A DNA stretch of 64,000 nucleotides from Candidatus Dojkabacteria bacterium. Its GTDB lineage: Bacteria > Patescibacteriota > Dojkabacteria > JAFGLO01. The DNA is taken from positions 955-64,954 of the forward strand of contig JAFGLO010000004.1 in assembly GCA_016927995.1 (NCBI GenBank), read 5' to 3'. A program made the translations under genes and the position numbers. The notes beneath the pieces are model-generated. The model was not told the origin of the DNA. It did not search any database and saw only the letters and a program-made list of their open reading frames with translations. Positions 19,512 through 29,328 of this stretch are shown here, piece after piece (the first letter of the stretch is position 1; each line of letters begins with the position of its first letter).

Positions 19512-20045
19512 GTGAAAAAATCAATTTTAAGAATCACCCTTGGGATATCTATTTTATTAATAGGTGCAATGCTTCTTGCAGAAAATTTGTTTCCTGGATT
19601 TTCGTTTTTTGATATGGCTATATTCTGGCCAATTTTTGTAATAATTCCTGGAATCTTTTTCTGGAGTGGATTTCTGTCGAATAGGAAGGATTGGGGATTA
19701 GTAATTCCCGGGACAATTCTTATAATTCTAGGCTTAGGATTCTTCGTGAATATGATAGTCTCACGTTATTTAGGATATGGACAAATTTGGAGTATCACAT
19801 CATTTATGTATACAGGATCTGTTTCTGCTGCATTTTTTATAGCCTGGTACTTTGCAGATTCAAAGGACAAAGACGGACTTTTAATTCCCGCCTGTATTTT
19901 ACTGGCCGTTTCCGGAAGTACATTTTTTAATACCGCTCTTGTCGGTGTTCGTAACTTTATAAATTCGGTAATGAAAATTTTACTGCCATTGAGTATTATT
20001 GGTGTCGGAATTTGGCTTTTAAGCGGCAGACGAAAACGCGAATAA
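19512..20045 (+). CDS. Integral membrane protein (LiaI/PspC-type TM domain-like)
   Basis: 177 aa and entirely hydrophobic. FPGFSFFDMAIFWPIFVIIPGIFFW resembles the DUF5668/PspC TM segment. Confidence 0.4.
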   Translation: MKKSILRITLGISILLIGAMLLAENLFPGFSFFDMAIFWPIFVIIPGIFFWSGFLSNRKDWGLVIPGTILIILGLGFFVNMIVSRYLGYGQIWSITSFMYTGSVSAAFFIAWYFADSKDKDGLLIPACILLAVSGSTFFNTALVGVRNFINSVMKILLPLSIIGVGIWLLSGRRKRE

Positions 20046-20051
20046 TACGAT

Positions 20052-20999
20052 TCACTTGAAAATGATATTTTTTTCCATATATGTGATTACCAAGTCGGCC
20101 AAGATATTACCGCCGTGAACAGTAACATGAACACCGTCGGCACCTTTAACCAGCTGAGTAACCCCGTGATCGTCGGCAACGGCTGCCGCATATTCACCGT
20201 TAACAGCAAATCTGTCCCATGCATTTATATAAATTGCGTTATCATATTTTGCACACTCTTCCTTATATATCCTATTAAAAATCTGGAACTTTATATAAAA
20301 ATCATTTGTGTCTCTTGGAATAGGGTGTCCCACCCAGTAAAGAAATTTCACGTCATCGGCAAAGTATTCTAGGAAAAGTGCAACTCTTTCTCTGTAAATA
20401 TCTTCCCATCCATCCTCATAAAGTTGGTAATAAGTGCCATCAAAGGCTTGAATTGCCTGACCATCGTTTGCGCCAATCATAAAGATTAGAATGTCAGGGT
20501 GGTATGTTGTAATGTAATCGTTGGTAACTGTGTACCAATCGTAATAGTCAATTCTATTAAGTCCGGTCGAATATTGACCAAATCTAACAACCGAAACGTC
20601 GTAGTCAATTAATTTTGTCTCAAGCTGAGGACCAAATCCTTCTATTACCATGGAATCACCAAGAATAAGTGCAGAAAACGGTGTTGACAATGACTTTTGT
20701 GGCTCGACGGGTACAGTTGGATTATTTATTGGTTCTTCTATTGATGGGGTATTGCCGATTGGTTGATCCGGAATATCCGGTCGTTGAACATTTTGGGGTG
20801 AAACAGTTTTTGTGCCTTTTATTTTTCCCCAGACCTCTGCTTCCTCTGATTTTATATTATCTATTGTTGTACTTCCGAGTGAGAGTCCGGTTATCTTATT
20901 TATAAGGCTTAGTGTTTTGTCAATGTTAAAAATCAAGACTATTGCACATATAATTGCCCCTGCCCAGAGTATTTTTAGATCTTTTTTCTTTTGATCCAT
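20052..20999 (-). CDS. SGNH/GDSL-family hydrolase (DUF459-like), partner of the MBOAT acyltransferase
   Basis: ALILGDSMV (GDS block I), …IFMIGANDGQ… (block III) and DGVHVTVHG (block V, D-x-x-H). Single N-terminal TM. Confidence 0.6.
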   Translation of the reverse strand: MDQKKKDLKILWAGAIICAIVLIFNIDKTLSLINKITGLSLGSTTIDNIKSEEAEVWGKIKGTKTVSPQNVQRPDIPDQPIGNTPSIEEPINNPTVPVEPQKSLSTPFSALILGDSMVIEGFGPQLETKLIDYDVSVVRFGQYSTGLNRIDYYDWYTVTNDYITTYHPDILIFMIGANDGQAIQAFDGTYYQLYEDGWEDIYRERVALFLEYFADDVKFLYWVGHPIPRDTNDFYIKFQIFNRIYKEECAKYDNAIYINAWDRFAVNGEYAAAVADDHGVTQLVKGADGVHVTVHGGNILADLVITYMEKNIIFK

Positions 21000-21000
21000 T

Positions 21001-22401
21001 TTAGAAGTTAAAGTAAATGAAAGGTGGCATTAAGTCGGGACCCAACCTTATTAAGGTATACGCTAATATCCCTGCAATCGCAACAGGTATCAACCCCCTT
21101 AAGTCAAAAAACTTTATAGAGGTCTTTCTAAGAAATGATCCGAATATATTTATTATGATCGTGAAGACAATTATAACTACGATTCTTATAAGATGTCCCT
21201 GGTCTGTGCTTATCTCAAATGTTGAGAAATCAAATAGATTTTTTACGTATGAAACTGCGATTCCAATGGTTTTGCTATTAAAAAATATCCAAGCAAATGT
21301 TACAAAAACATAGGTTATAAACCAACTTGGAATAAGTAGAAGCCATTTAAAAAGCTTAGACTTCAGGCTTTTGTTAAGAGTGATAACCCAGTCCGACAAG
21401 ATGTTTCCTATTCCATGGAGAATTCCCCAGATCATAAATGTGATTCCTGCACCATGCCATAATCCGCTTATAAAAAATGTAATTAGGATGTTAATGTATT
21501 TCCTTAAAATTCCTTTTCTGTTACCGCCCAGCGGGATGTAAATATAGTCTTTCAAAAAGCTCGAAAGGCTAATATGCCAGCGTGCCCAAAACTCCTTGAG
21601 GTTCGTAGCACAATATGGGTAATAAAAGTTATCACCGATTTTAATCCCTATGAGTTTTGTAACCGCAATTGCAAAGTCGGAATATCCGCTAAAGTCGAGG
21701 TATATCATACTACTGTATGCGAATGCACCTATAATTAGCTCGATTCCGTTGTATGCTTGAGGTGTCGAAAAGATATCATCGATAAATTTCCACAGAAAAC
21801 TAGCTAAAACATATTTTTTTAACATTCCGGCAAGTACAAGTGTAATAATTTCACCTCTTGAATACTCTGCATTTTCGGGAGTTCTTAATGATTCGTAAAA
21901 TTCATGTGGACGTTGAATAGGTCCCGATACGACCTGTGGAAAAAATGATACATAGGTTGCATAGCTTACAAACGATGGTTGATATATAAGGTCTATTTTA
22001 TATGAGTCTATTAAGTGTGCCAGTACTCTGAATGTATAAAACGAAATACCTACGGGGGCAAGTATCTCTATAACAGGGATCTTAACCCCCAAAAACAAAA
22101 GTGTATTTGTTGCAAATCCCGTGAATTTAAAAATAAAAAGTGCGGCGATGTTTAAAACAAGACCTAATATAAAAATAGACTTACGTAGCTTCCTTGTGGA
22201 ATTGACAGCCTTTAGGATCAGGAAATTTATTATTATCGAAATTATAAGGATAATAAAGTTTCTTTGACCAAACTGAAAAATAAAGAAAAGGTTTACCGCT
22301 AAAAGAAACCATTTGTAAAGTTTGGGATATGACTTTAATGGTGTCGCAACTAAAAATACAATCGCAAAAAAGAGGAGAAATTTTACGGTAGGGAATGTCA
22401 T
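21001..22401 (-). CDS. MBOAT-family membrane O-acyltransferase (AlgI/DltB/PatA-like)
   Basis: 466 aa and multi-TM. Conserved WHISLSSFLKDYIYIPLGGNRKG … FFISGLWHGAG includes the catalytic His. Confidence 0.8.
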   Translation of the reverse strand: MTFPTVKFLLFFAIVFLVATPLKSYPKLYKWFLLAVNLFFIFQFGQRNFIILIISIIINFLILKAVNSTRKLRKSIFILGLVLNIAALFIFKFTGFATNTLLFLGVKIPVIEILAPVGISFYTFRVLAHLIDSYKIDLIYQPSFVSYATYVSFFPQVVSGPIQRPHEFYESLRTPENAEYSRGEIITLVLAGMLKKYVLASFLWKFIDDIFSTPQAYNGIELIIGAFAYSSMIYLDFSGYSDFAIAVTKLIGIKIGDNFYYPYCATNLKEFWARWHISLSSFLKDYIYIPLGGNRKGILRKYINILITFFISGLWHGAGITFMIWGILHGIGNILSDWVITLNKSLKSKLFKWLLLIPSWFITYVFVTFAWIFFNSKTIGIAVSYVKNLFDFSTFEISTDQGHLIRIVVIIVFTIIINIFGSFLRKTSIKFFDLRGLIPVAIAGILAYTLIRLGPDLMPPFIYFNF

Positions 22402-22405
22402 TTAT

Positions 22406-22807
22406 TTATTCCTCTATAATATCGACAAGTTCAACCTCAAAGATTAATGTTGCATTAGCGGGAATTGTTGGAGGGCTGCCTGCTTCACCATAGGCCTTTT
22501 CGGGTGGGATGGTTAGAGTCTTTTTTTCGCCAACGGTCATTCCAACGATTCCTTCGTCCCAACCTTTGATAACTTTACCTGCACCTAGTTCAAAGGTGTA
22601 AGGAGTGCCTGTATCGTATGAGCTTTCGAATTGTGTTCCGTCTTCTAATTTTCCAATATAGTGAACCGAGATGGTATCACCTGTCTCCGCAACATTTTTT
22701 TGTTTTTCCGGAAGGGAAAGCAAAATTAGTGCAATACCAATAATTACGGTGAGGATAAGCAGTAGTGTTCCTGTTTTTGCCATTGATATAAGGTTTATTT
22801 TATGCAA
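22406..22807 (-). CDS. FKBP-type peptidyl-prolyl cis-trans isomerase, membrane-anchored
   Basis: GDTISVHYIGKLEDGTQFESSYDTGTPYTFELGAGKVIKGWDEGIVGMTVGEKKTLTIPPEKAYG…LIFEVELVDI. N-terminal TM helix. Confidence 0.85.
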   Translation of the reverse strand: MHKINLISMAKTGTLLLILTVIIGIALILLSLPEKQKNVAETGDTISVHYIGKLEDGTQFESSYDTGTPYTFELGAGKVIKGWDEGIVGMTVGEKKTLTIPPEKAYGEAGSPPTIPANATLIFEVELVDIIEE

Positions 22808-23013
22808 AGTTATTATATATTTGAGTTTGTTTTTTCACAAGCTGCTTGGTTTAGTCGCTTGATTGTTAAAGTTTTTTTAACTAAAGTTGGCTATTACTCT
22901 AAGGCCCCTGGGGGCACAGGGAACCTTTAATAAGTTTATGGGACTATTGTGCTTGAACAAGCAGCGTTCATCAGTTATCATTGAAGGACATAAATAAATT
23001 TAAATTTTACTAA

Positions 23014-23568
23014 ATGGGCATTCAGATAGATGGCGTTGGAATGGAAATAACCCAAGCAATAAGCGATTATATTGAAAAGAAGTTTTCAAAATTTGATCGT
23101 TTTGTCGACTTTATTACCGAGGTTCGAGTTCGTTGTAAAGAGCTTAAAGCGTCTCGTGGTGTAAAAGAAGATTTTAAAGTTGAAGTCACCGTTGCTGTGC
23201 CTGGTACTATAATAAGAGTTGAAAAATCAGGCAGTGATATTTATCTTTTAGTTGATGAGATCGAGCGAGTTGTAATTCGAAAACTTAACCGATACAAAGA
23301 ACTTTCCGAAGACTTCAAAAAAGGCTCCTTGCCCGAAAAGTTCTATGAGAATATACATACCCCGGATGATGCTTTCTATACCAGCTACATTCCCAAAGTT
23401 ATTCGAAGAAAAAAGATTGCCAGTCCAGTTCCTATGAGTGAGGCAGAAGCAATTGAGCGCATGGAACTTGCTGATCTTACTTTTTTTATGTTTAAAAACA
23501 GATCAAACAATGAATGGGCTGTAGTGTATAAGCGTGACGATGGGACTTACGGAATTGTAGAACCATAA
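23014..23568 (+). CDS. hpf: Ribosome hibernation promoting factor (long form HPF/RaiA)
   Basis: 184 aa. N-terminal domain MGIQIDGVGMEITQAISDYIEKKFSKFDRF…VEVTV… matches the RaiA fold. The C-terminal extension is typical of long HPF. Confidence 0.7.
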   Translation: MGIQIDGVGMEITQAISDYIEKKFSKFDRFVDFITEVRVRCKELKASRGVKEDFKVEVTVAVPGTIIRVEKSGSDIYLLVDEIERVVIRKLNRYKELSEDFKKGSLPEKFYENIHTPDDAFYTSYIPKVIRRKKIASPVPMSEAEAIERMELADLTFFMFKNRSNNEWAVVYKRDDGTYGIVEP

Positions 23569-23633
23569 ACCTATTTATTGTATCTCTTTGCGACAGATGG
23601 TATAATATTAGTATATAAGTTTTAGGTCTAATA

Positions 23634-24584
23634 ATGGCCGAAAATCAAGGTCCGAACAATGCAAATCCCAAGTCTGCCGATGTAATTACTTCTCCCCCTA
23701 AAGCAGGAATTGGTACAGTAGAAGCTATTGGCAAAACGGCCTCAAAAATCCTTGGCGGAGTAGATTTTCTGGCTGGATCTGTTGCAACAGGTCTAACGGC
23801 AGTTGCATTAAGTTCTGGACTTGTTGGTCCAGCTCTTGTTCTAGGTACTGCAGCTACCGGGCTATTTCTTCAAGCTAGGCGTAAAAAACAGGAGGCTGAA
23901 ATTCTTTCCGGAAAAGTAGAAATGACATTAGGTTATGAGGCTGGAACAGCAAAGGAAGCATCAAAAATTTGGTATGATAAAAAGCTTGGCCAGTCGTATC
24001 CAATTATTTCGACTTTAGCGGGAACAATCGGCGGCGCATTTGCCGGGGTTGCAGGAATTACTGCACTTTCACTACTCGGAATTTCACTTACAGCTACGGG
24101 AGCTTGGGTTGGTATTGCTGCTGCCGCGTTAGGTATGGGTGTTTATCAGTGGTTTGTTTCAAAAGCCGAGATAAGCGGATACGAAGCACTGGGCGAACTT
24201 AATCCTCAAAAACAATCTGATTTTTGGTTCCTTGCCAACTTAGGTGGAGGAATCGATGTGTTTTCAAATGTAGCAAGACTTATTGCAAATATTCGTGCTA
24301 AAAAGGCATTGAATATGTATAAAGCAACAATGGAAAAGCAGGTTGCTGATAAACCTCAGGATAGTGTATCACAACAACCAGAACAAACAGGGCATCCCGC
24401 AACTAACACAGCAAATCCGGAAAGCAATAATACACAAGAGCATCCGGCTAATGCAGTAGATGCTAACGCAACGGCGGAAGCACCTGTTGATGATCAAGCC
24501 GGTCATCCCGATCAATCTTCCGCCAACCCAGGTGAGCCCAACGTTCAAACCGCTTCCGGAAATACTGCCGCCCAAGTAGCTTAA
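23634..24584 (+). CDS. Glycine-zipper membrane protein, hypothetical (paralog 1)
   Basis: 316 aa. Two Gly/Ala-rich TM hairpins separated by a basic linker. Conserved KIWYDKKLGQSYP and AEISGYEALGELNP motifs. Low-complexity Q/P/N/A tail. Confidence 0.5.
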   Translation: MAENQGPNNANPKSADVITSPPKAGIGTVEAIGKTASKILGGVDFLAGSVATGLTAVALSSGLVGPALVLGTAATGLFLQARRKKQEAEILSGKVEMTLGYEAGTAKEASKIWYDKKLGQSYPIISTLAGTIGGAFAGVAGITALSLLGISLTATGAWVGIAAAALGMGVYQWFVSKAEISGYEALGELNPQKQSDFWFLANLGGGIDVFSNVARLIANIRAKKALNMYKATMEKQVADKPQDSVSQQPEQTGHPATNTANPESNNTQEHPANAVDANATAEAPVDDQAGHPDQSSANPGEPNVQTASGNTAAQVA

Positions 24585-24599
24585 TTAATCGTTATTAAA

Positions 24600-25238
24600 A
24601 TGTCGCTTAGAAAAACACTATGGCGGGCAGGCGAGTTAGCAAATGATCTTGGGTATTATTACGAGGCCGGTTTAGAAGGAATCTGTTCTACAGTATGCAC
24701 CGTAGGTGCACTGGGCGCATTAGTATTTGGTGCTTCCATCGAGATACCAGTGCTTTTGGGTGCAGTAGGTATTTCTTATGGACTTGCCGGAGTAAGGGCT
24801 TTATTAAGACGTAAGTTTAATAAAGATATGTTTAGGTTAACAGAAAAGGAAGGTGCTCCTTCGATAAAGACTTCCGATCGATGGTTTGATGAAAATCTAG
24901 CGCAAAATATGCCTTTGGTTGAAGGGTTAACAATGGGTGCTATAGGAGCTACTGCAGTGGGGTTTGGTGCAGTTGCAATAGGGTTGCCGCTTACATTAGG
25001 AGTTGGTGCAGTTATGCTAGGCTCGGCAATCGCAACGGGAGCTGTATCGTATTTAATAACAAAAGCAGAAGTAAGCCAGTATGAAGCGCTTGGCAATGGA
25101 GATCCAAAACTCGAATCTAATTGTTGGTTTGGTGCAAAGATATTAAGATTTTTAGGAAATATGGAATTTCATCCATTTGCAACTGCAGGAGAAGTTGTTA
25201 CTACCTTGGCTGCTCAGGATACAATAAGTCGTATGTAA
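24600..25238 (+). CDS. Glycine-zipper membrane protein, hypothetical (paralog 2)
   Basis: 212 aa with the same architecture as the upstream gene: DRWFDENLAQNMP and AEVSQYEALGNGDP motifs, and Gly/Ala-rich helices. Confidence 0.5.
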   Translation: MSLRKTLWRAGELANDLGYYYEAGLEGICSTVCTVGALGALVFGASIEIPVLLGAVGISYGLAGVRALLRRKFNKDMFRLTEKEGAPSIKTSDRWFDENLAQNMPLVEGLTMGAIGATAVGFGAVAIGLPLTLGVGAVMLGSAIATGAVSYLITKAEVSQYEALGNGDPKLESNCWFGAKILRFLGNMEFHPFATAGEVVTTLAAQDTISRM

Positions 25239-25262
25239 GTTCTAATTTAATAAACTGCCAGA

Positions 25263-25628
25263 ATGAATCCAGATCAGATAACAAAAAAAATGCACACAAT
25301 CCTTGAGGTTGTTGGATATTCCACAGAGGATCAGTATAAGCGTGTCACAGATTTTATAAATATTGGAAAACTTACATTTTTAGAACAGGTATTAGGAACG
25401 CTTGATAAAGCTAAACAGAAAGAGCTTGAAGAGTTTGCTAAAGAAAGCAAAGACATTCAAAAAATTATTGAAAAACTTTCTGTGCTTCTGGAAAAAGATC
25501 ACGAGTATTTTGTAAAGCTTTATTCCGAGGTTTTAAATAGCCTTTTTAAGGATTATCTCGATACTGTTTATCCGGTTTGCACAGAAATTCAACGGAAGCA
25601 GATAGATGATATATTAGTGAGTGTTTAG
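25263..25628 (+). CDS. Hypothetical helical cytoplasmic protein
   Basis: 121 aa. Complete ORF on the same strand immediately after the glycine-zipper paralog pair. Charged and helical. Confidence 0.4.
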   Translation: MNPDQITKKMHTILEVVGYSTEDQYKRVTDFINIGKLTFLEQVLGTLDKAKQKELEEFAKESKDIQKIIEKLSVLLEKDHEYFVKLYSEVLNSLFKDYLDTVYPVCTEIQRKQIDDILVSV

Positions 25629-25673
25629 GTTAGCTTCTCCGATCTGTGGTTTGGTTCAAACTGTTGTGGATAT

Positions 25674-27314
25674 TTATTTCCCGATGAACTCAACGAGATT
25701 TAAGCCATTCATTGGTTCGGGTGGAGTAATTCCAAGTAAGTAAAGCACAGTTGTTCCGACATCAGCTAGAATTCCGGTAGCCGGTGAGTTTTCGGGATAT
25801 CCGACCTTTGGAAGATTTCCTGATTTTTTGTAAAGTTTCTCGGATTTTGGACCGTTTTTATAAATTTTGGTGAATGCAGGGAATTTTTTTATATCATCCG
25901 CAAAGATAAATGGAACATTATTTAATGTGTGTGATTTTAGCCGTTTGCCGTCCTTGGGATCGATCATTGATTCACAGTTACCATGATCCGATGTAATGAT
26001 TACCTGTCCACCCTTTTGTAAAATTTCAAAAACAACTTCACCGACACATTCATCGGTAACCTCTACGGCCTTGATCGCCGCTTCCAGATCGCCTGTATGA
26101 CCGACCATGTCAGGATTGGCAAAGTTAACAAGGTAAAAATCAAAGCTGTCTTTTCTGATTTGAGTAATTAGTTCATCTTTAACGGGATATGCACTCATTT
26201 CCGGGACAACGACATAATCTTTTACTAAAGGAGATGGGATTCTAAAAAGAAGTTCCTTGTCGTGTTTTGCTTCAACTCCACCATTAAAAAAGTATGATAT
26301 ATGAGCGTATTTTTCAGTTTCCGCAATATGCATTTGGCGAAGGTTGTAGGCTGCTAAAACATCGGGTACTGTAACCTCTGGATATACAGGCGGGAAAATA
26401 ACCTCGGTGTTTAATCCTTCGGCGTAACCCACCATTGACACAAATCGGATATCTTTCAGGGTTTTCTTTCTCGTAAACCCGGTAAAATCTTCCTGAACAA
26501 ATGCCTGGGTAATTTGTCTAGCACGGTCTTCACGGAAATTAAAAAATAGAACGTAGTCGGAATCTTCAATGCATCCTATGGGTTTTTCTGTCCGCGAATC
26601 TAAAAGAATTGTGGGTTCGAATATTTCATCGGTTTCTTTTTGCTTGTATGCCTCCTGCAGGGCTAAGTATGGATCATTGGCAGATCTGCCTTCTATACCA
26701 AGCATACAGTTATATGCCTTTTCCGTACGTTCCCATCTTGTATTTCGGTCCATTGAAAAAAACCTTCCTGTCATTGTTGCAATTTGTCCAACCCGTAACT
26801 CGGCTATTTTGGCTTTAAGATGATTTAAAAAGAAATAAGCTTCCTGCTCCCCGGTATCTCGACCATCGAGAAACAAATGCAAATAGGGATTGACTTTTTG
26901 GTTGGCTGCAATTTCGAGTAACTTGTAAAGATGTTTAATATGACCGTGTACGCCTGCATTTGAGAGTACGCCCATAAAATGCACACGTTTTTTTTCTTTT
27001 CTGGCCTTTTTAAAAAGTTCGTTTAGGAACTTGTCTTTTAAAAATGATCCGGTTTCAATTGATTCATTAATAAGTTGTAGGTTTTGGGGAATAACCTGAC
27101 CTGCACCCATGTTAATATGACCGACTTCGGAGTTTCCTGTATATCCCTGATCTAGTCCAACTGCAGCCTCTGATGCTCGAATTAAGGTAGTATGTGCGCA
27201 GTTGCTCCAAAGAAGGTCAAGGTTTGGTGTATCGGCCTTATGGATTGCGTTACCCAAAGATTCTACTGAAAGTCCAAACCCATCCATTACAATTAGCACT
27301 AGTGGTTTTGTCAT
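25674..27314 (-). CDS. gpmI: 2,3-bisphosphoglycerate-independent phosphoglycerate mutase
   Basis: 546 aa. N-terminus PLVLIVMDGFGLS…, …DGRDTGEQ… and …ITSDHGNCE… are iPGM signatures. Confidence 0.9.
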   Translation of the reverse strand: MTKPLVLIVMDGFGLSVESLGNAIHKADTPNLDLLWSNCAHTTLIRASEAAVGLDQGYTGNSEVGHINMGAGQVIPQNLQLINESIETGSFLKDKFLNELFKKARKEKKRVHFMGVLSNAGVHGHIKHLYKLLEIAANQKVNPYLHLFLDGRDTGEQEAYFFLNHLKAKIAELRVGQIATMTGRFFSMDRNTRWERTEKAYNCMLGIEGRSANDPYLALQEAYKQKETDEIFEPTILLDSRTEKPIGCIEDSDYVLFFNFREDRARQITQAFVQEDFTGFTRKKTLKDIRFVSMVGYAEGLNTEVIFPPVYPEVTVPDVLAAYNLRQMHIAETEKYAHISYFFNGGVEAKHDKELLFRIPSPLVKDYVVVPEMSAYPVKDELITQIRKDSFDFYLVNFANPDMVGHTGDLEAAIKAVEVTDECVGEVVFEILQKGGQVIITSDHGNCESMIDPKDGKRLKSHTLNNVPFIFADDIKKFPAFTKIYKNGPKSEKLYKKSGNLPKVGYPENSPATGILADVGTTVLYLLGITPPEPMNGLNLVEFIGK

Positions 27315-27368
27315 GTGTTTTATATTATCGTGATATAATTAATTGATTTTAGCATAATAACAAAAATA

Positions 27369-28454
27369 ATGGAGCTTACCAGAAAAATTATAGATGAGAT
27401 AACTGGTCGGATAGATTTGTTGGCAGGTGAACTTGATAAATCCTCATTATATGCACAAAAGACAGAATTGGAGGGAAAGATGGGAGACAAGGACTTTTGG
27501 AATGATCCGGTAGCTGCCTCAAAAATAAATGAGCTCTTCTCGGATGTAACAAAGAAAATTGAACTTATAGAAAAATTATATTCCACCAAAAGCGAGATTT
27601 TATCATATTTCGAGTTATACTCGGATCCTACAGTGGGACCTAAAGACAGAAGGAACATCGAAAAAGAGATGGAAAAACTTTTGAAAGTTATAAAAGATAT
27701 TGAAATTATAGTAAAACTTAACGGAAAGTTCGACAAAAAAGATTCGATTATCACAATAAAAGCCGGACAAGGCGGTACCGATGCCTGTGACTGGGTTTCC
27801 ATGTTGTATCGAATGTATACGAAGTTTGTTAATTCAGTAGGATGGGGACTACAAATAATTGATGAGGTAAAGTCCGAGGAAGCCGGTTATACCCAAGTTG
27901 TATTTAAAGTCATTGCTGATTATGCTTACGGTTACCTTAAATCTGAAACAGGAGTACATAGACTGGTTCGAATATCTCCTTTTAATGCCCAAGGTTTAAG
28001 ACAAACCTCGTTTGCGGGTGTTGAGGTAATGCCTGCATTAGATAAGCTAGATACCAAGGATTTTCAGATTCCCGAAGGGGAAATCGAGTTTAAAGCTACA
28101 ATGGCAAGTGGTCCCGGTGGTCAGAATGTTAATAAAAACATGACTGCGGTTCGTCTTACTCATATACCTACAGGAATCTCGGTACGTTGTGCTTCTCAAC
28201 GAAGTCAGGTACAAAACAGGGAGAATGCAATGGAAATTCTAAAATCGAAACTTTTGACAATAGAAGAGGACAAAGAAGAATCAAAACGGCAGAATCTTAG
28301 AAAGGATGTTAAAGACGCTCAGTGGGGAAACCAGATTCGAAATTATGTTTTGCATCCCTATAAACTGGTTAAGGATCTACGTTCCGGAATTGAACGTAGT
28401 GATGTTGATAACGTTTTAGATGGTGATCTTTGGGATTTGGTGAGTAGTAAATAG
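27369..28454 (+). CDS. prfB: Peptide chain release factor 2
   Basis: SPF tripeptide (RISPFNAQG) and GGQ (SGPGGQNVNK). 361 aa contiguous ORF with no in-frame UGA frameshift site. Confidence 0.9.
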   Translation: MELTRKIIDEITGRIDLLAGELDKSSLYAQKTELEGKMGDKDFWNDPVAASKINELFSDVTKKIELIEKLYSTKSEILSYFELYSDPTVGPKDRRNIEKEMEKLLKVIKDIEIIVKLNGKFDKKDSIITIKAGQGGTDACDWVSMLYRMYTKFVNSVGWGLQIIDEVKSEEAGYTQVVFKVIADYAYGYLKSETGVHRLVRISPFNAQGLRQTSFAGVEVMPALDKLDTKDFQIPEGEIEFKATMASGPGGQNVNKNMTAVRLTHIPTGISVRCASQRSQVQNRENAMEILKSKLLTIEEDKEESKRQNLRKDVKDAQWGNQIRNYVLHPYKLVKDLRSGIERSDVDNVLDGDLWDLVSSK

Positions 28455-28659
28455 GAAGAGTTCAGATTTAAAGCCCAAACTCTCTGTTTCGCTCAGGTCC
28501 GGATCTATGTCTTAAACCCAAGCACTTTCCCCCCTTAGGGATCTTTGCTAAGCGTGTGAATAAACTTGTTAAGAATAGCTACCTTTTCGGCGCTAACACT
28601 TTACTCTGAACTTGTCAGCTGATACAATGTAATAGTATAAACTACACTGCCAATAACGA

Positions 28660-29328
28660 ATGTTACAAATAAAAAACGTATCCAAACAGTATCCGGGCAA
28701 TATATTTGCACTTTCAAATATATCATTTAATGTTGACTCGGGGGAGCTTTGTTATCTTATCGGTCATTCCGGAGCTGGAAAATCTACATTGGTAAAACTA
28801 ATTCTGCGTGAAGAATCACCAACGGAAGGAGCTATTCAATTTAACGACGTACTGGTTTCCGAACTTCCGGATGATTATATCCAGGCCTATCGTCAACAAA
28901 TAGGTATTGTTTTCCAGGATTATAAGCTTATAAAAACCAAAACGGCCATAGAGAACATAATTTTTGCCATGGAAGTTACAGGAAGAGATGGTTCTGAAAT
29001 AAAAAGTAAAGGCTTTCAATTGTTAGAGGCAGTTGGACTAAAAGGTAAAGAAAATCTTTATCCTGAACAGCTTTCCGGCGGGGAGGCACAGCGAGTTTCG
29101 ATTGCTCGTGCTATTGCTAATGACCCGGTTATTGTAATTGCTGATGAGCCAACCGGAAATCTTGACTTTAGGACTTCACTAGGAATTCTTGATCTTTTGG
29201 AAGAAATTCGAAAAACCTTTAATACAACAATAATTGTTGCCACACATGATATGGAGATTGTTTCAAATGGTGGTGGTCACGTGATAGAATTAAAAGACGG
29301 CAAATTAATTAGAGATATTAATAAATGA
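28660..29328 (+). CDS. ftsE: Cell-division ABC transporter ATP-binding protein FtsE
   Basis: Walker A GHSGAGKST, signature LSGGEAQRVSIARA, Walker B VIVIADEPTGNLD. Immediately upstream of ftsX. Confidence 0.85.
   Translation: MLQIKNVSKQYPGNIFALSNISFNVDSGELCYLIGHSGAGKSTLVKLILREESPTEGAIQFNDVLVSELPDDYIQAYRQQIGIVFQDYKLIKTKTAIENIIFAMEVTGRDGSEIKSKGFQLLEAVGLKGKENLYPEQLSGGEAQRVSIARAIANDPVIVIADEPTGNLDFRTSLGILDLLEEIRKTFNTTIIVATHDMEIVSNGGGHVIELKDGKLIRDINK

Noticed and set aside
27320-27802. Minus-strand 160-aa ORF overlapping the prfB 5' region
   Set aside because: Overlaps a highly conserved RF2 coding sequence on the opposite strand and has no recognisable features.
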